Shown: one piece after another, positions 10,495 to 21,561 of the stretch
Position numbering within the stretch: the first letter of the stretch is position 1
Layout of the letters: every line of letters starts with the position of its first letter
Source: Spirochaetia bacterium
GTDB taxonomy: Bacteria > Spirochaetota > Spirochaetia > SZUA-6 > Bin103
Assembly (NCBI GenBank): GCA_965199955.1
Contig: CBDATQ010000001.1
Location: forward strand, 2,016,001 to 2,080,000
DNA length: 64,000 nt
Direction: 5' to 3'
The notes under the pieces: model-generated
Told to the model about the DNA's origin: nothing
Databases searched by the model: none
The model's input: the letters and a program-made list of their open reading frames with translations, nothing else
Translations under genes and position numbers: made by a program

Positions 10495-11790
10495 TCACAT
10501 GCCCCAGACCGTGACCGGCGCGCCGTCTCCGGACGGTGGACGGCGGAAGATCTTCTCCTCCCAGGTCCGCTCCGGCGGACGGTCGAACACGATCAGGTGG
10601 CCCGCCTCGGCCTCGCACCGGTCCACGTAGACGCGGGTCTGCTTCAGCCCCTCCGCGACGGCCCGCTCCAGCTCGCCGCGCCGCACCTTGCACTCCACCA
10701 CGAACCGCCGCTCGCGCCCGCCCTGCGGCCACACGATCAGCAGGTCCGTGCGTCCGCGCCGAGCGCGTACTCCCGCTCGATCCGTCCGCCGCCGCCAGCG
10801 ACCCGCTGCAGGTGCGCCTGCAGCAGCAACTGCGGCCCGGCCTCATGGTAGCGCTCGAAGCGCTGCACCCAGTGCTCGGAGTGCTCCCGGAAGAACGCCT
10901 GGACGCCGCGATCAGCCCCTCCACGTCCAGCCGCCCGTCCGCGCCCACGTACCACGCCACCCGCTGCGGCAACCCCGCCTGCACCGCGTAGTTCAGATGG
11001 CGCGGCACCACTTCGGCGTAGATCGGGTTGGCGATGCGCGGCGTGCCGTCCGCCTCCTGAGCCACCAGCCCCAGGTTGCAGGCGTAGGCGACGTCCTCGG
11101 AGGTCCACGCGTGCCGGTCGGGCGCCGGCCAGGATCGGTTCGATCACCCGCCGCGCGCGCTCCTCGCGCAGCTTGTCCGCCTGGTTGTCGAGGTGGGTCA
11201 CCCGCGCCAGGAGCAGCCGCTCCTGCGCCTCCAGGATCGCCTGATCGGTGATCGGGCGGGAGCGGTCGCGGCCGGCCTTGTCATCGAAGCACGCTTCCCG
11301 GCACAGCGCGTTCACCAGCCATGGCTGCCCGGCGGTGCGTGCCACGATCAGGCGCAACGCCTCCTCCGTGAACGCTTGCCCGGTCGCCGCCGTGTGCTGC
11401 GCCAGCAGCGCCCACACCTCCCGCTCCGAGAAGTCGCCCAGCCGCAGCGACTTGGCCTTGATGTTGAAGGCGCTGCCGCCGAGCACCATGCGGTTCTCGG
11501 CCATCGAGTGGATGCGGTAGTCGCGCACGTCGCGCACCCCGCACAGGACGATGCTGTGCGGGAAGCGCGCCGGCCGGTCGACGTAGCCGGTGCGCAACTG
11601 CCGCAGCACGGCCAGCAGGGTGTCCCCCACCAGCGCGTCGATCTCGTCGATCAGCAACACCAGCGGACGCGGGTCGGCCATGCTCCAACGCAGCAACGCG
11701 CGCCACAGCACCTTGCCCGGGCCCACTCGCTCCAGCACTCCGGGCCAGACATCCTCCAGCGACTCGTCGCCTAGATTCACGCTTGCCTGC
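10495..11790 (-). pseudogene. AAA-ATPase with C-terminal PD-(D/E)XK-like domain; 5'-truncated, several frameshifts
   Basis: Walker B LVLLIDEIDAL, GGSAFNIKAKSL, AGQPWLVNAL, RIANPIYAEVVPR and VVECKV...VTVWGM are spread over different frames; no Walker A. Confidence 0.85.
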
Positions 11791-11945
11791 AGCGCCAGTT
11801 CGGTGTGGGTCGAAGTCGATGAGACCCACCAGGGTGTGGTAGCGGCCGCGATGGGAGTAGCTGGTGCGGCCATCATGGTAGCGCGCAGTCCCTTGACCCC
11901 GTGGCAGCATCGGAACATCCTCGCTCACCGAGCGGAGAGAACGAC

Positions 11946-12563
11946 ATGGAACGGGTCTTCGTCTACTGGGACAACTCCAACATATTCATCAGCGCACAAC
12001 AGGTGGCCATCGAGCGCGAGGGGGAAGCGGCCCGGTACCGGACTCGTATCCACTTTCAGAATCTGTTGACACTGGCGTGTGCCGATCGTTCGATCGAGCA
12101 TGCAATCGCCGTCGGCTCCATACCTCCCGAGCTGAGATACGTCTGGAACCGCATGGAGAACGAGGGTGTGACCGTTCAATTGCTCGAACGCGGTGAGATG
12201 CACCACCGGGAACAGGGAGTGGATCAGGCGCTGCAGACGGCGATGCTGCGCGACGCCTTCGATTACAACGGAGATCCCGGTATAGTCGTCATGCTTACGG
12301 GCGACGGCAGCGGGTTCGACGATGGCGTCGGCTTCCACGCGGACCTCGAACGCATGCGACGCCGCGGCTGGCGCGTCGAAGTTCTTTCGTGGCGACACAG
12401 TTGCAACCGCGGCATGCGGAAATGGGCGGAGCAGAATGGTACGTTCATTGCGCTGGACGACCACTACGAGAGTGTGACGTTCCTTGAGCCGCCCGCTCCG
12501 GGCCGGCCGCTTGCGGATCCGCGCGCAGCCACTGCTGTCGACCTTAGCCGGCTTCCCTCATGA
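11946..12563 (+). CDS. NYN (LabA/DUF88, PIN-like) domain protein
   Basis: VFVYWDNSNI, EQGVD, LTGDG acidic motifs; GGAG RBS. Confidence 0.88.
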   Translation: MERVFVYWDNSNIFISAQQVAIEREGEAARYRTRIHFQNLLTLACADRSIEHAIAVGSIPPELRYVWNRMENEGVTVQLLERGEMHHREQGVDQALQTAMLRDAFDYNGDPGIVVMLTGDGSGFDDGVGFHADLERMRRRGWRVEVLSWRHSCNRGMRKWAEQNGTFIALDDHYESVTFLEPPAPGRPLADPRAATAVDLSRLPS

Positions 12564-12827
12564 GGCGATATGAGCACGGGGTCGCGCAGCCGTGTCGATG
12601 GCGACAGGACCTCCAGCACCTGCGCCAGAGGGCGCAGTAACCGAACGCTCGTGAGATCCACCGGAATATCCCACTGCTCCCGGTCATACGCTACGTGGAC
12701 GCGGCCATGGCTGCCTTTGCCGTGACGCCTTCTGTGCAGTTCCAGGGCATCCGTCTGGTATACGCCCGACCCATGACTGCATGAGCCCGCGACCTCTCCG
12801 CCCTCGTCGCGAGCAATCGCACGACCA

Positions 12828-15146
12828 TTACTCCATGACTCTCACCGCGATGGGCTGATCGGGAGCAATCGGCGTGTCGCGTGCCACGATTCCCCGGTGC
12901 AGGTCGAGCAGGACGCGTTCCGGGGTCATGGGGGCGTCGAGGGTCAGCTCGGCATCGGGGCGGAAGGCCTTCATGGCGTTGCGAAGGGCGAAGAAGACGC
13001 CGATGCCGTACATCAACGGCGGTTCGCCGACCGCCTTGGCTCCGAGCGGGCCGTAGGGGTTGTCCGCAGGCTCCAGGAACTTCACGGCCATGTCGTCGGG
13101 CATGAAGTAGACGTCCGGGGCCTTGTAGGTGGACAGCGCGTGGGACAGGCAACGGCCTTCGGCGTCCCACCGCAGATCCTCCATGGTCATCCAGCCCATG
13201 CCCTGGGCCAGGCCGCCCTCGACCTGGCCCAGGTCCACGGTGGGATTGATGGTGCGGCCGAGGTCGTGGACGATCTTCACTTGGTCGACCGCGTAGGTGC
13301 CGCGCAGGCAGTCGACGGTCACCTCGAACACGGCGGTGCCGTAGACGTGGTAGGCGAAGGGGTGGCCGTGCTCGCGCTCCTCGTCGTAGTGGAGTCCCGG
13401 GGTCGTGTAGTAGCCGTGCGCCGAGAGGCGTTTGCGCGCGCGGTAGGTGAGGCCCACCAGGTCGGTCCAGCTCATGCCCGCAGGCTCGCCGCCGACTCGA
13501 ATCTGCTCATCGGAGACGGTGATCGTGGCCGGGTCGGCGCTCCCGATCTCCCGCGCCGCCACCTCACGCATGCCGTCGAGAATGGCCTCGACGGCGATGA
13601 TCGCCGCGTTGCCGTTCAGGTCGGTGGTGGCGCTGGCGGCGCTCGGCGACATGTTGGCGACCCTGGTGGTATTGGTGCTCTCGACGCGTACCCGCCGCCG
13701 TGAGATGCCGAGGGTGCGCGCCACCACGGAGGCGACGTTGCTGCTGATGCCCTGGCCCATCTCGATGCCGCCGGTGGTCACGCTCACGCTGCCGTCGGCA
13801 TAGACGTGGACCAGGGCGTTGCCCTGGTTGAGGTGGGTCTTGGTGAACGAGATGCCGAAGCAGACCGGCATCAGGGCGCAGCCCTTCTTGATCGCGAAGT
13901 TGTCTCGGTTGAACGCCGTCACCCGCCTGCGGATCCCATCGACGTCGAACGCCAACTCCAGCTCGTCCCAGGTCCGCTCGGCGCGGCTTCGCTCCACGAC
14001 CTGCCCGTAGTGGAAGACGTCGCCGTCGCGCAGCAGGTTGGCGCGCTGGATCGCGGAGGCCTCGATCCCCATCGCGTCGGCGGCCCTGGCGATCGCGGCC
14101 TCGATTACGTACATGCCCTGCGGGCCGCCGAAGCCGCGGAAGGCGGTGTGCGGCTGCAGGTTGGTCCGGCACGGCGCGGCGGTCACGCGCACGTTGGGGA
14201 TGAAATAGGCGTTGGTGGCGTGGAACAGCGTGCGCGCCAGCACCGGCGGCGACAGGTCGGCGAAGGCGCCGGAGTTCTGGAAGAAGGTGGCCTGGTAGGC
14301 AAGGATCCTGCCGTCCGCGGTCAACCCGATCCGGAAGTCGGCGGAGTAGGGATGGCGCTTGCCGGTCATGCGGATGTCGTCCAGCCGGTTCAGCACCAGC
14401 TCTACCGGCGCGTCCAGGTCCGCGGCGGCCAGCGCGGCCATCGCCGCCCAGTGGGTGGCCTGGTCCTCCTTGCCGCCGAAGCCGCCGCCGAGCCGTTTCA
14501 CGTCCACCTCGATCTTGTGCATCGGCCGGCCGAGCACGGCCGACACGACGTGCTGTACCGCTGCCGGCCCCTGGGTGGAGGAGAACACCCGCATCGCTCC
14601 ATCCTCACCGGGCACGGCGCGGGCGCGCTGCGTCTCCAGGTAGAGGTGCTCCTGGCCGCCGATTTCGCAGCGTCCGTCGACCACCACGTCGCAATCGCCC
14701 CAGGCGCCCGCGACGTCGCCGGTCGCCATGGTGCGTGGCGGATGGATCAGGTCGCCGTTCGCGAACGCCTCGCGCGGGTCGACTACCACCGGCAGATCGT
14801 CGATCTCGACCTCGACCAGGTCGCGAGCCTGCCGCGCCTGGTGCGCCGTGCGGGCCACGACAAGGGCGATGGAATGGCCGATGAAGCACACCTCGCGCTC
14901 CACCAGCAGCTCCTCGTCCTCGATGATCGGGCCGAAGCGGTTGACGCCGGGAATGTCGGCGGCGGTGAGCACCGCCACCACGCCGGGTGCGGCGCTCGCC
15001 GCGGCGGTGTCGAGCCGGACGATGGTGCCGTGCGCCTTCGGGGAGCCGACCACCGCGGCGTGCAGCATCCCCGGCGGGGGCGGCACGTCGTCCACGTACT
15101 GCGGCTCGCCGCGCACGTGCAGGTGGGAGTCGATGTGGTGGTTCAC
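12828..15146 (-). CDS. xdhB: Xanthine dehydrogenase, molybdopterin-binding subunit
   Basis: GGQEHLYLE, KRLGGGFGGKE, AFRGFGGPQG, EMGQG, KAVGEPP; GTGA overlap with xdhA. Confidence 0.95.
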   Translation of the reverse strand: MNHHIDSHLHVRGEPQYVDDVPPPPGMLHAAVVGSPKAHGTIVRLDTAAASAAPGVVAVLTAADIPGVNRFGPIIEDEELLVEREVCFIGHSIALVVARTAHQARQARDLVEVEIDDLPVVVDPREAFANGDLIHPPRTMATGDVAGAWGDCDVVVDGRCEIGGQEHLYLETQRARAVPGEDGAMRVFSSTQGPAAVQHVVSAVLGRPMHKIEVDVKRLGGGFGGKEDQATHWAAMAALAAADLDAPVELVLNRLDDIRMTGKRHPYSADFRIGLTADGRILAYQATFFQNSGAFADLSPPVLARTLFHATNAYFIPNVRVTAAPCRTNLQPHTAFRGFGGPQGMYVIEAAIARAADAMGIEASAIQRANLLRDGDVFHYGQVVERSRAERTWDELELAFDVDGIRRRVTAFNRDNFAIKKGCALMPVCFGISFTKTHLNQGNALVHVYADGSVSVTTGGIEMGQGISSNVASVVARTLGISRRRVRVESTNTTRVANMSPSAASATTDLNGNAAIIAVEAILDGMREVAAREIGSADPATITVSDEQIRVGGEPAGMSWTDLVGLTYRARKRLSAHGYYTTPGLHYDEEREHGHPFAYHVYGTAVFEVTVDCLRGTYAVDQVKIVHDLGRTINPTVDLGQVEGGLAQGMGWMTMEDLRWDAEGRCLSHALSTYKAPDVYFMPDDMAVKFLEPADNPYGPLGAKAVGEPPLMYGIGVFFALRNAMKAFRPDAELTLDAPMTPERVLLDLHRGIVARDTPIAPDQPIAVRVME

Positions 15147-16588
15147 GACAGGCCCCGGGCGTAGAACGCTTCCACGGCGAAGCGCTCGGGAAACAGGGTC
15201 ACGAAATGGGCGATCAGCAATTGCCGCGCCAGCAGGCGCTTGTATTCGGCCGAGCCGCGCACGTCCGTGATCGGCGCGATCTCCTGCTGGGACATGCGCA
15301 CGGCCTCCCACGCCGTTTCCAGGTCCAGGGCGCGGCCGCGCAGCGCCTGCGAGGTCTCGCGCAGGTAGAGCGGGATGGGCGCCACGCCGCCCAGGCTGAG
15401 GTGCGCGTCGGCGATGGTGTCCCCGGTGCAGCGGATCGAGCAGGCGCTGTTGACCGACGCGATGTCCAGGCAGGTCCGCTTGGAGACCTTTTCGAAATTG
15501 ACCTGGGCGGCGGCCGGATCGGCGAACGCCACCTCGGTGAGCAACTCGCCGGGCCGCAGGTCCATCTGCTTGTAGCCGCGGTAGAACTCCCGCAGCGGGA
15601 CCGATCGCCGCGTGCCGCCGTCGTCCAGCACGACGCGCGCGTCCAGGGCCAGCAGGAGGGCGGTGAAGTCCCCGATCGGGGAGGCGTTGACGATGTTGCC
15701 GGCCAGGGTGGCGCGGTTGCGGATCTGCCAGGAGGCGATGAGGTGGTTGAACGCCCCGATGCGGGGCAGCGCCTCGACGACGCGCGGGTCGGCGCCGAAC
15801 TCCTCGAAGGTGGTGAGCGCGCCGACGCGGAGCTCGCCATCGCGGACGCGAATGCGTTTGAGCGCCGGCCGCCGGTTGAGCACCTCGACGCGGCGGTCCG
15901 GGATTTCCTCGCCCTGTTGCACGTACAGGTCGGTGCCGCCGGCGATGCGCACCTCCGGCTCTGCATCGGCGTCGGGTGCAGGTGTCTCTTCCTGCAGCGC
16001 CCGCAACCGCTCCGGGATGGTCGTGAAGTACGCGGGGATCGCTCCCGCCGCGGCCATCGTCATTACTCGATCGCCGCCGGTCCCGTCGAGCCGGCTGCCG
16101 ATCCGGCGGGCCAGCGTGTCGGCGCAGTCCTTCAGCGAGCGGTAGCCGGTGCATCTGCACAGGTGGCCGCTCAGGGCGTATTTCACGTTTTCGAGGGAGA
16201 GCCCCCTGGTTGCGTCCAGCATCAGCCCGTGCAGGGACACCACGATGCCGGGCGTGCAGAACCCGCACTGCGTGCCGCCGTGCTCGACGACGGCCTCCTG
16301 CGCGGGGGTGAGCCCGGCTTCCAGGTTGCACCCCTCGATCGTGACCACGTGCCGGCCGTGCACTTCCGCCAGCGGCACCAGGCAAGAGGTGACCGGCTGG
16401 TAGCGGACCGCGTCGCCTGCAAGCTCTCCTATCAGGACGGCGCAGGCGCCGCAGTCGCCCTCCTTGCAGCCTTCCTTGGTGCCGGTCAGCCGCTCGCGAT
16501 TCCGCAGGAAGTCCAGCAGCAGCAGCCCCGCCGGCAAGGACGTCTCCATCAGCCGGTCGTTGAGAATGAACCGAGTGCTCGGCGCCAT
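15143..16588 (-). CDS. xdhA: Xanthine dehydrogenase, 2Fe-2S/FAD subunit
   Basis: GCKEGDCGAC, QCGFCTPG, LCRCTGY, AGGTDL, NASPIGD. Confidence 0.95.
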   Translation of the reverse strand: MAPSTRFILNDRLMETSLPAGLLLLDFLRNRERLTGTKEGCKEGDCGACAVLIGELAGDAVRYQPVTSCLVPLAEVHGRHVVTIEGCNLEAGLTPAQEAVVEHGGTQCGFCTPGIVVSLHGLMLDATRGLSLENVKYALSGHLCRCTGYRSLKDCADTLARRIGSRLDGTGGDRVMTMAAAGAIPAYFTTIPERLRALQEETPAPDADAEPEVRIAGGTDLYVQQGEEIPDRRVEVLNRRPALKRIRVRDGELRVGALTTFEEFGADPRVVEALPRIGAFNHLIASWQIRNRATLAGNIVNASPIGDFTALLLALDARVVLDDGGTRRSVPLREFYRGYKQMDLRPGELLTEVAFADPAAAQVNFEKVSKRTCLDIASVNSACSIRCTGDTIADAHLSLGGVAPIPLYLRETSQALRGRALDLETAWEAVRMSQQEIAPITDVRGSAEYKRLLARQLLIAHFVTLFPERFAVEAFYARGLS

Positions 16589-16594
16589 CGCCTG

Positions 16595-17560
16595 CTACCG
16601 GCGGTTGCGCTCGCGAAGGATCTGCGCGGCGATGCTGATGGCGATCTCCTCCGGCGTCTGGCTGCCGATGTCCAGACCCACCGGAGCGTGGATGCGCTCG
16701 ATCGTCTCCGGGGAGACCCCTTCCTCCCGCAGGAGGGAGAATATCCGCTCGATCTTCTTCTTGCCGCCCATCAAGCCGACGAACGGGCAGGGCAGGGCCG
16801 TGACGCCGAGGAGGGCGCGTACGTCGGTACGGTAGTCGGCGGTCATCACCACCACGGCGGTGGACTCTGGATGGGCGATCGAGGGTCCTGCTTGGTCGTA
16901 GTCCCTGACGATGGAAAGGCCACCGACCACGGTCTCGTGGTCTCGGCTGACCACGTTCGTGCGGGTGTCGAAGACCCGCACCCGGTAGCCCAGTGGCGAC
17001 ATCACTTCTCCCAGCGCCGCTGCGCAGTGGCCGCCGCCGACGATCGCGAGGCGGCGCCGATTGAGGAGGTCCTCCCGGTACCGCCAGGCGCCATGCGCCT
17101 CCGTGAAGGTGACGCGCGGCGCGTCGAAGCCGGCTCCGATCTCCGCCAGCCGCAGGCCGGCGTCGTCGATCTCGATCCAGCCGCTCTGATCGTGTCGGAC
17201 TCTGTCCACGATGGTGCGCACGCTGGCCAGGTCGCGTGGTCCGTCCAGCACGCAGAAGATGTTGGTCTGGCTTCCCTCGCAGATCAGGCCGGATTGATCA
17301 CCGGACGCTTTCTCACTATGCACCAGCGTCTGCTTCGCCGGCCGATAGTTGCCGCACTGCAGCAGCGCCCTCGCTTGGTCGACCAAACGGTGCTCCATGG
17401 CACCACCACCGATCGTGCCGAACAGCTCTCCCGAATCGGCGACCAGCAGCTTGGCGCCCGTGGTCCCAGGTGAGCCGCGGGTATGTGCGGCCACGCAGGC
17501 GACGAACACCCGGCTGCCCGAACCGAGGTGCCCGTGAACCCGCTCCCAGAACGCGATCAT
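16595..17560 (-). CDS. xdhC: XdhC/CoxI Moco-insertion accessory protein
   Basis: GSPGTTGAK, GTIGGG, HAPVGLDIGSQTPEEIAISI. Confidence 0.92.
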   Translation of the reverse strand: MIAFWERVHGHLGSGSRVFVACVAAHTRGSPGTTGAKLLVADSGELFGTIGGGAMEHRLVDQARALLQCGNYRPAKQTLVHSEKASGDQSGLICEGSQTNIFCVLDGPRDLASVRTIVDRVRHDQSGWIEIDDAGLRLAEIGAGFDAPRVTFTEAHGAWRYREDLLNRRRLAIVGGGHCAAALGEVMSPLGYRVRVFDTRTNVVSRDHETVVGGLSIVRDYDQAGPSIAHPESTAVVVMTADYRTDVRALLGVTALPCPFVGLMGGKKKIERIFSLLREEGVSPETIERIHAPVGLDIGSQTPEEIAISIAAQILRERNRR

Positions 17561-17669
17561 GTCTTCAGCTTAAGGAGGTCGCCCCACCTCGTCACGCTGT
17601 CCTGCGCGGCGGTGTGGATTCGGGGGCGGAGCAGGACAGACGGATGTGCGAGCGAGTAGGATCAAAACC

Positions 17670-17867
17670 ATGGCGTTGACCGAACCCCGTTTCGTCCTTG
17701 ATGAAGCCGGCAACAAGGTTGCCGTCGTGCTGCCGATCGATGTCTACGAAGAGCTCGTCGAACAGCTCGAGCAGCAGGACGACCTCAAGGCGATCGAAGA
17801 AGCGATGCAGGACTCGGAACAGATCCCCTGGGAGCAGGTCAAGACGGAGCTCGGTGTATCGGATTGA
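17670..17867 (+). CDS. Small acidic antitoxin (RelB/Phd-like)
   Basis: RFVLDEAGNKVAVVLPIDVYEEL...IPWEQVKTELG; overlaps toxin start. Confidence 0.8.
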   Translation: MALTEPRFVLDEAGNKVAVVLPIDVYEELVEQLEQQDDLKAIEEAMQDSEQIPWEQVKTELGVSD

Positions 17868-18104
17868 ATTCGTGCCAGCGGCACGGCGCGACCTCAAGCG
17901 CATCAACGATCCCCTCAGGACACGGATTGTCACAGCGATCGATGCTCTGAGCACCAACCCTCGGCCATCGGGATGCCGCAAGCTGGCAGGCCGCCATTCT
18001 GGCGCATTCGCGTTCAGGACTACCGCATCATCTATCAGATCGTCGATGACAGGCTGCTCGTGACCGTGATTCGCGTCCGCCATCGGCGATCCGTTTACCG
18101 CTGA
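17854..18104 (+). pseudogene. RelE/ParE-family toxin, frameshifted
   Basis: MYRIEF...NPRPSGCRKLAG continues in another frame as WRIRVQDYRIIYQI...VRHRRSVYR-stop; shift near 17995. Confidence 0.85.
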
Positions 18105-18116
18105 GCTCCTTCAAGC

Positions 18117-18832
18117 CTACACGCCGAGCCACGTCGCCCTGACGTCGGGACTCCGGTCAAGCTCCGCCGCGGTGCCGTGCCAGCGGATGCGGCCCTTGCC
18201 GAGCACGTAGACGTGCTCGGCAAGCCCGATGGCGAACGGGTAGTTCTGCTCCACCAGCAGCATCGTCATGCCGGCCGCCCGCAGGTCGTGGACGATTCCG
18301 GCGATGCGCTCGACGACGATCGGCGCCAGCCCCTCGGTCGGCTCGTCCAGGATCAGCAGGCGCGGTGACAGGGTGATGGCGCGCGCGATGGCCAGCATCT
18401 GCTGCTCGCCGCCGCTCAGCTCGTTGCCGCGGTTGCGGCGCCGCTCGGCCAGCAGGGGGAACCGCTCGTAGAGGTCCTCCACCGGGACGCGGTGGCGGCC
18501 GGTGCCCCGACGCCGGTTCCGGTTTAGGTTCAGGTGCTCGTCCACCGTGAGCGAGGCGAAGATGCCGCGCTCCTCGGGTACATAGCTGACTCCCCGCCGC
18601 GCGACGCGATGCGGCGGCAGGCGCTCGATCGCCTCGCCAGCGAACCGGATGGTGCCGCGCGCCGCGGCGGCGATGCCCATGATCGACTTGAGCGCGGTCG
18701 ACTTTCCTGCGCCGTTGCGTCCGAGCAGCGCGACGACACTGCCGCCCGCCACCTCCAGCGACACGTTCTGCAGGACGTGGCTTCGCCCGTAGTAGGTGTC
18801 CACCCCCTCCATGGACAGCAGCGGGTCCGCCA

Positions 18833-18833
<1 letters not shown>
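18117..18833 (-). CDS. Branched-chain-amino-acid-type ABC ATP-binding protein (LivF-like)
   Basis: GRNGAGKST, LSGGEQQML, DEPTEGLAP, VEQN. Confidence 0.92.
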
Positions 18834-19578
<745 letters not shown>

Positions 19579-19582
<4 letters not shown>

Positions 19583-20592
19583 GCTCGGCTTCTCCGCCGC
19601 ATGACTGCCAGTGCCGCGTGCCGGATCGCCCAGGTGAGGCGCCCGTACAGGCCGTCCCTGGCCAGCAGGACGACGGCGATGAAGAACAGCCCCATGATGA
19701 GCTGCCAGTGATCGGCCATCTCCGGCGGGAGGGAGAGGCTTTTCCAGAACGCGCCGTCGTTCAGTTGATTGCGGAGGACGATGTACAGCGCCGCGCCGCC
19801 GGCGGCGCCGATCAGGCTGCCGCTGCCTCCCAGGATGACGATGATCAGCGCCTCGCCCGAGAGGGTCCAGAAGGCCAGGTCCGGGGACACGAAGCCGGTG
19901 TGCTGCGCCATCAGGGCCCCGGCCAGACCGGCGACCGCGCCCGCGGCGCCGAAGGCTGCCAGCTTGTAGCGCCGTACCGGGCACCCGAGCGACGCCAGCC
20001 GGCCCGGGTTCTGGTGAATGGCCGTGAGCATCATGCCGAATGGAGAGCGGCGAAGGATCAGCAGGGCCAGGTAGACCAGCAGCGCGGCGATGAGGACTCC
20101 GGCGGCGAACACCGCCGGATCTCCGGAGTCCAGCCCGAGCGGGGCCAGATCGAAACGCGGCGTGCCGGCCATGCCGTTGTCTCCGCCGAAGACCCGCGCC
20201 TTGACGAAGTAGGCATGGACCATCTGCCCGATGGCGAGGGTGATCATGATGAAGAACACGCCGGTCAGGCGCACCGCGAAGAAGCCGACGCCCACGGCGA
20301 TCGCCGCCGCGGCCGCCACCGACAGCCCCACCGCCGCGAGCGGCGGCCAGCCCCAGAGGACCGTGGCGGCGGCGGTGGCGTAGGCGCCGAGCGCCAGGAA
20401 TCCCGCGTGTCCGAGCGAGACCATGCCGGCGGCACCCACCAGGAGGTCGAGGCTCATGGCGAAGATCGCCAGGATCGCCACCTCGGCCAACAGCTCCATT
20501 CCGAAGTAACCGGCCCCGAACCAGGCGGCGACGGCGATGCCCGCGAGGACTCCCGCCACCGGGAGCTGGAGGGGGTCGCGACCGTTCATCAC
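19579..20592 (-). CDS. Liv-type ABC permease (LivM-like)
   Basis: MVSLGHAGF, MITLAIGQM, ILGGSGS. Confidence 0.9.
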
Positions 20593-21470
20593 TGCTCTCC
20601 GCCGCGGACCGGGATCAGGCCGGCCGGCTTGATGAGCAGGATCATGGCCATGAGGGCGTAGATCGTTACCCGCGCCAGCTCGGGAAGCACGACCTGGCCG
20701 TAGGTGTCGGCGATGCCGATGATCAGCGAGCCGAGGGCCACGCCCTTGAGGCTACCGGGGCCGCCCAGCACCACGACGATGAGGGCCAGGATCAGCACCT
20801 TCATGTCCATCCCCGGCGCGATGGCGAGCACCGGCGCCGCGATCACGCCGGCGACTCCGGCCAGCAGGCACCCCAAGCAGAACACCAGGAAGAAGACGCG
20901 GCCGATGTCGAGGCCGAGCGCCGCCACCATGGTGCGGTCGTCCACGCCGGCGCGCACGATGGCGCCGACGCGGGTGCGCTCCAGCGCAAGGTAGAGCAGC
21001 AGGAAGGCAGCCACGCCCAGGGCGATGATGAACAGGCGGTAGGTGGGATAGACCTGTCCCAGCACGGAGCCGCGGCCGGACAGCAGCGCCGGCACGTCGA
21101 TGATGTGCGGCAGCGATCCCCAGATGATGTCGACCGTCTCGATCCCGACGAAGATCAGGCCGAAGGTCACGAGCACCTGCTTCATGGGGTCGGCCCGCTG
21201 CATGTGGCGCAGCAGTACCAGGTAGAGCAGTCCTCCGATCAGGGCGACGCCGAGCGGGGCAAGCAGCAGGGCCAGCCAGAAGGACTCGAAGGCGCGGACT
21301 GCGCTCAGGGCCAGGTAGGCGCCGGCCATGAACAGCGTTCCGTGCGCCAGGTTGATGAAGTTCATCAGCCCGAACACCACGGACAGCCCGATCGACAGCA
21401 GGAACAGCAGCGCCGAGAGCTGCAGCCCGTTGAGGGTCTGGACGATCAGGAACCCGGGATCAAGGAGCAC
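20589..21470 (-). CDS. Liv-type ABC permease (LivH-like)
   Basis: GLSVVFGLMNFINLAHG, VVVLGGPGSL, KPAGL. Confidence 0.92.
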   Translation of the reverse strand: MLLDPGFLIVQTLNGLQLSALLFLLSIGLSVVFGLMNFINLAHGTLFMAGAYLALSAVRAFESFWLALLLAPLGVALIGGLLYLVLLRHMQRADPMKQVLVTFGLIFVGIETVDIIWGSLPHIIDVPALLSGRGSVLGQVYPTYRLFIIALGVAAFLLLYLALERTRVGAIVRAGVDDRTMVAALGLDIGRVFFLVFCLGCLLAGVAGVIAAPVLAIAPGMDMKVLILALIVVVLGGPGSLKGVALGSLIIGIADTYGQVVLPELARVTIYALMAMILLIKPAGLIPVRGGEQ

Positions 21471-21561
21471 GGTTACCCCGCCGCGCGAATTACCAGGTAC
21501 AACAGGTGCACGGGATCCGACGCGGTGAACGTGCGTCGCGAGAGGATCAGCCCCTGGTCTG

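Noticed and set aside
12564..12827. LEVLSPSTRLRD on the minus strand resembling a Uma2 endonuclease motif
   Set aside because: Only a short match; the surrounding frame gives no further support
12828..16385. 1185-aa ORF as an XdhA-XdhB fusion
   Set aside because: The upstream part is an alternative frame of xdhA; xdhB starts at 15146 with a GTGA overlap
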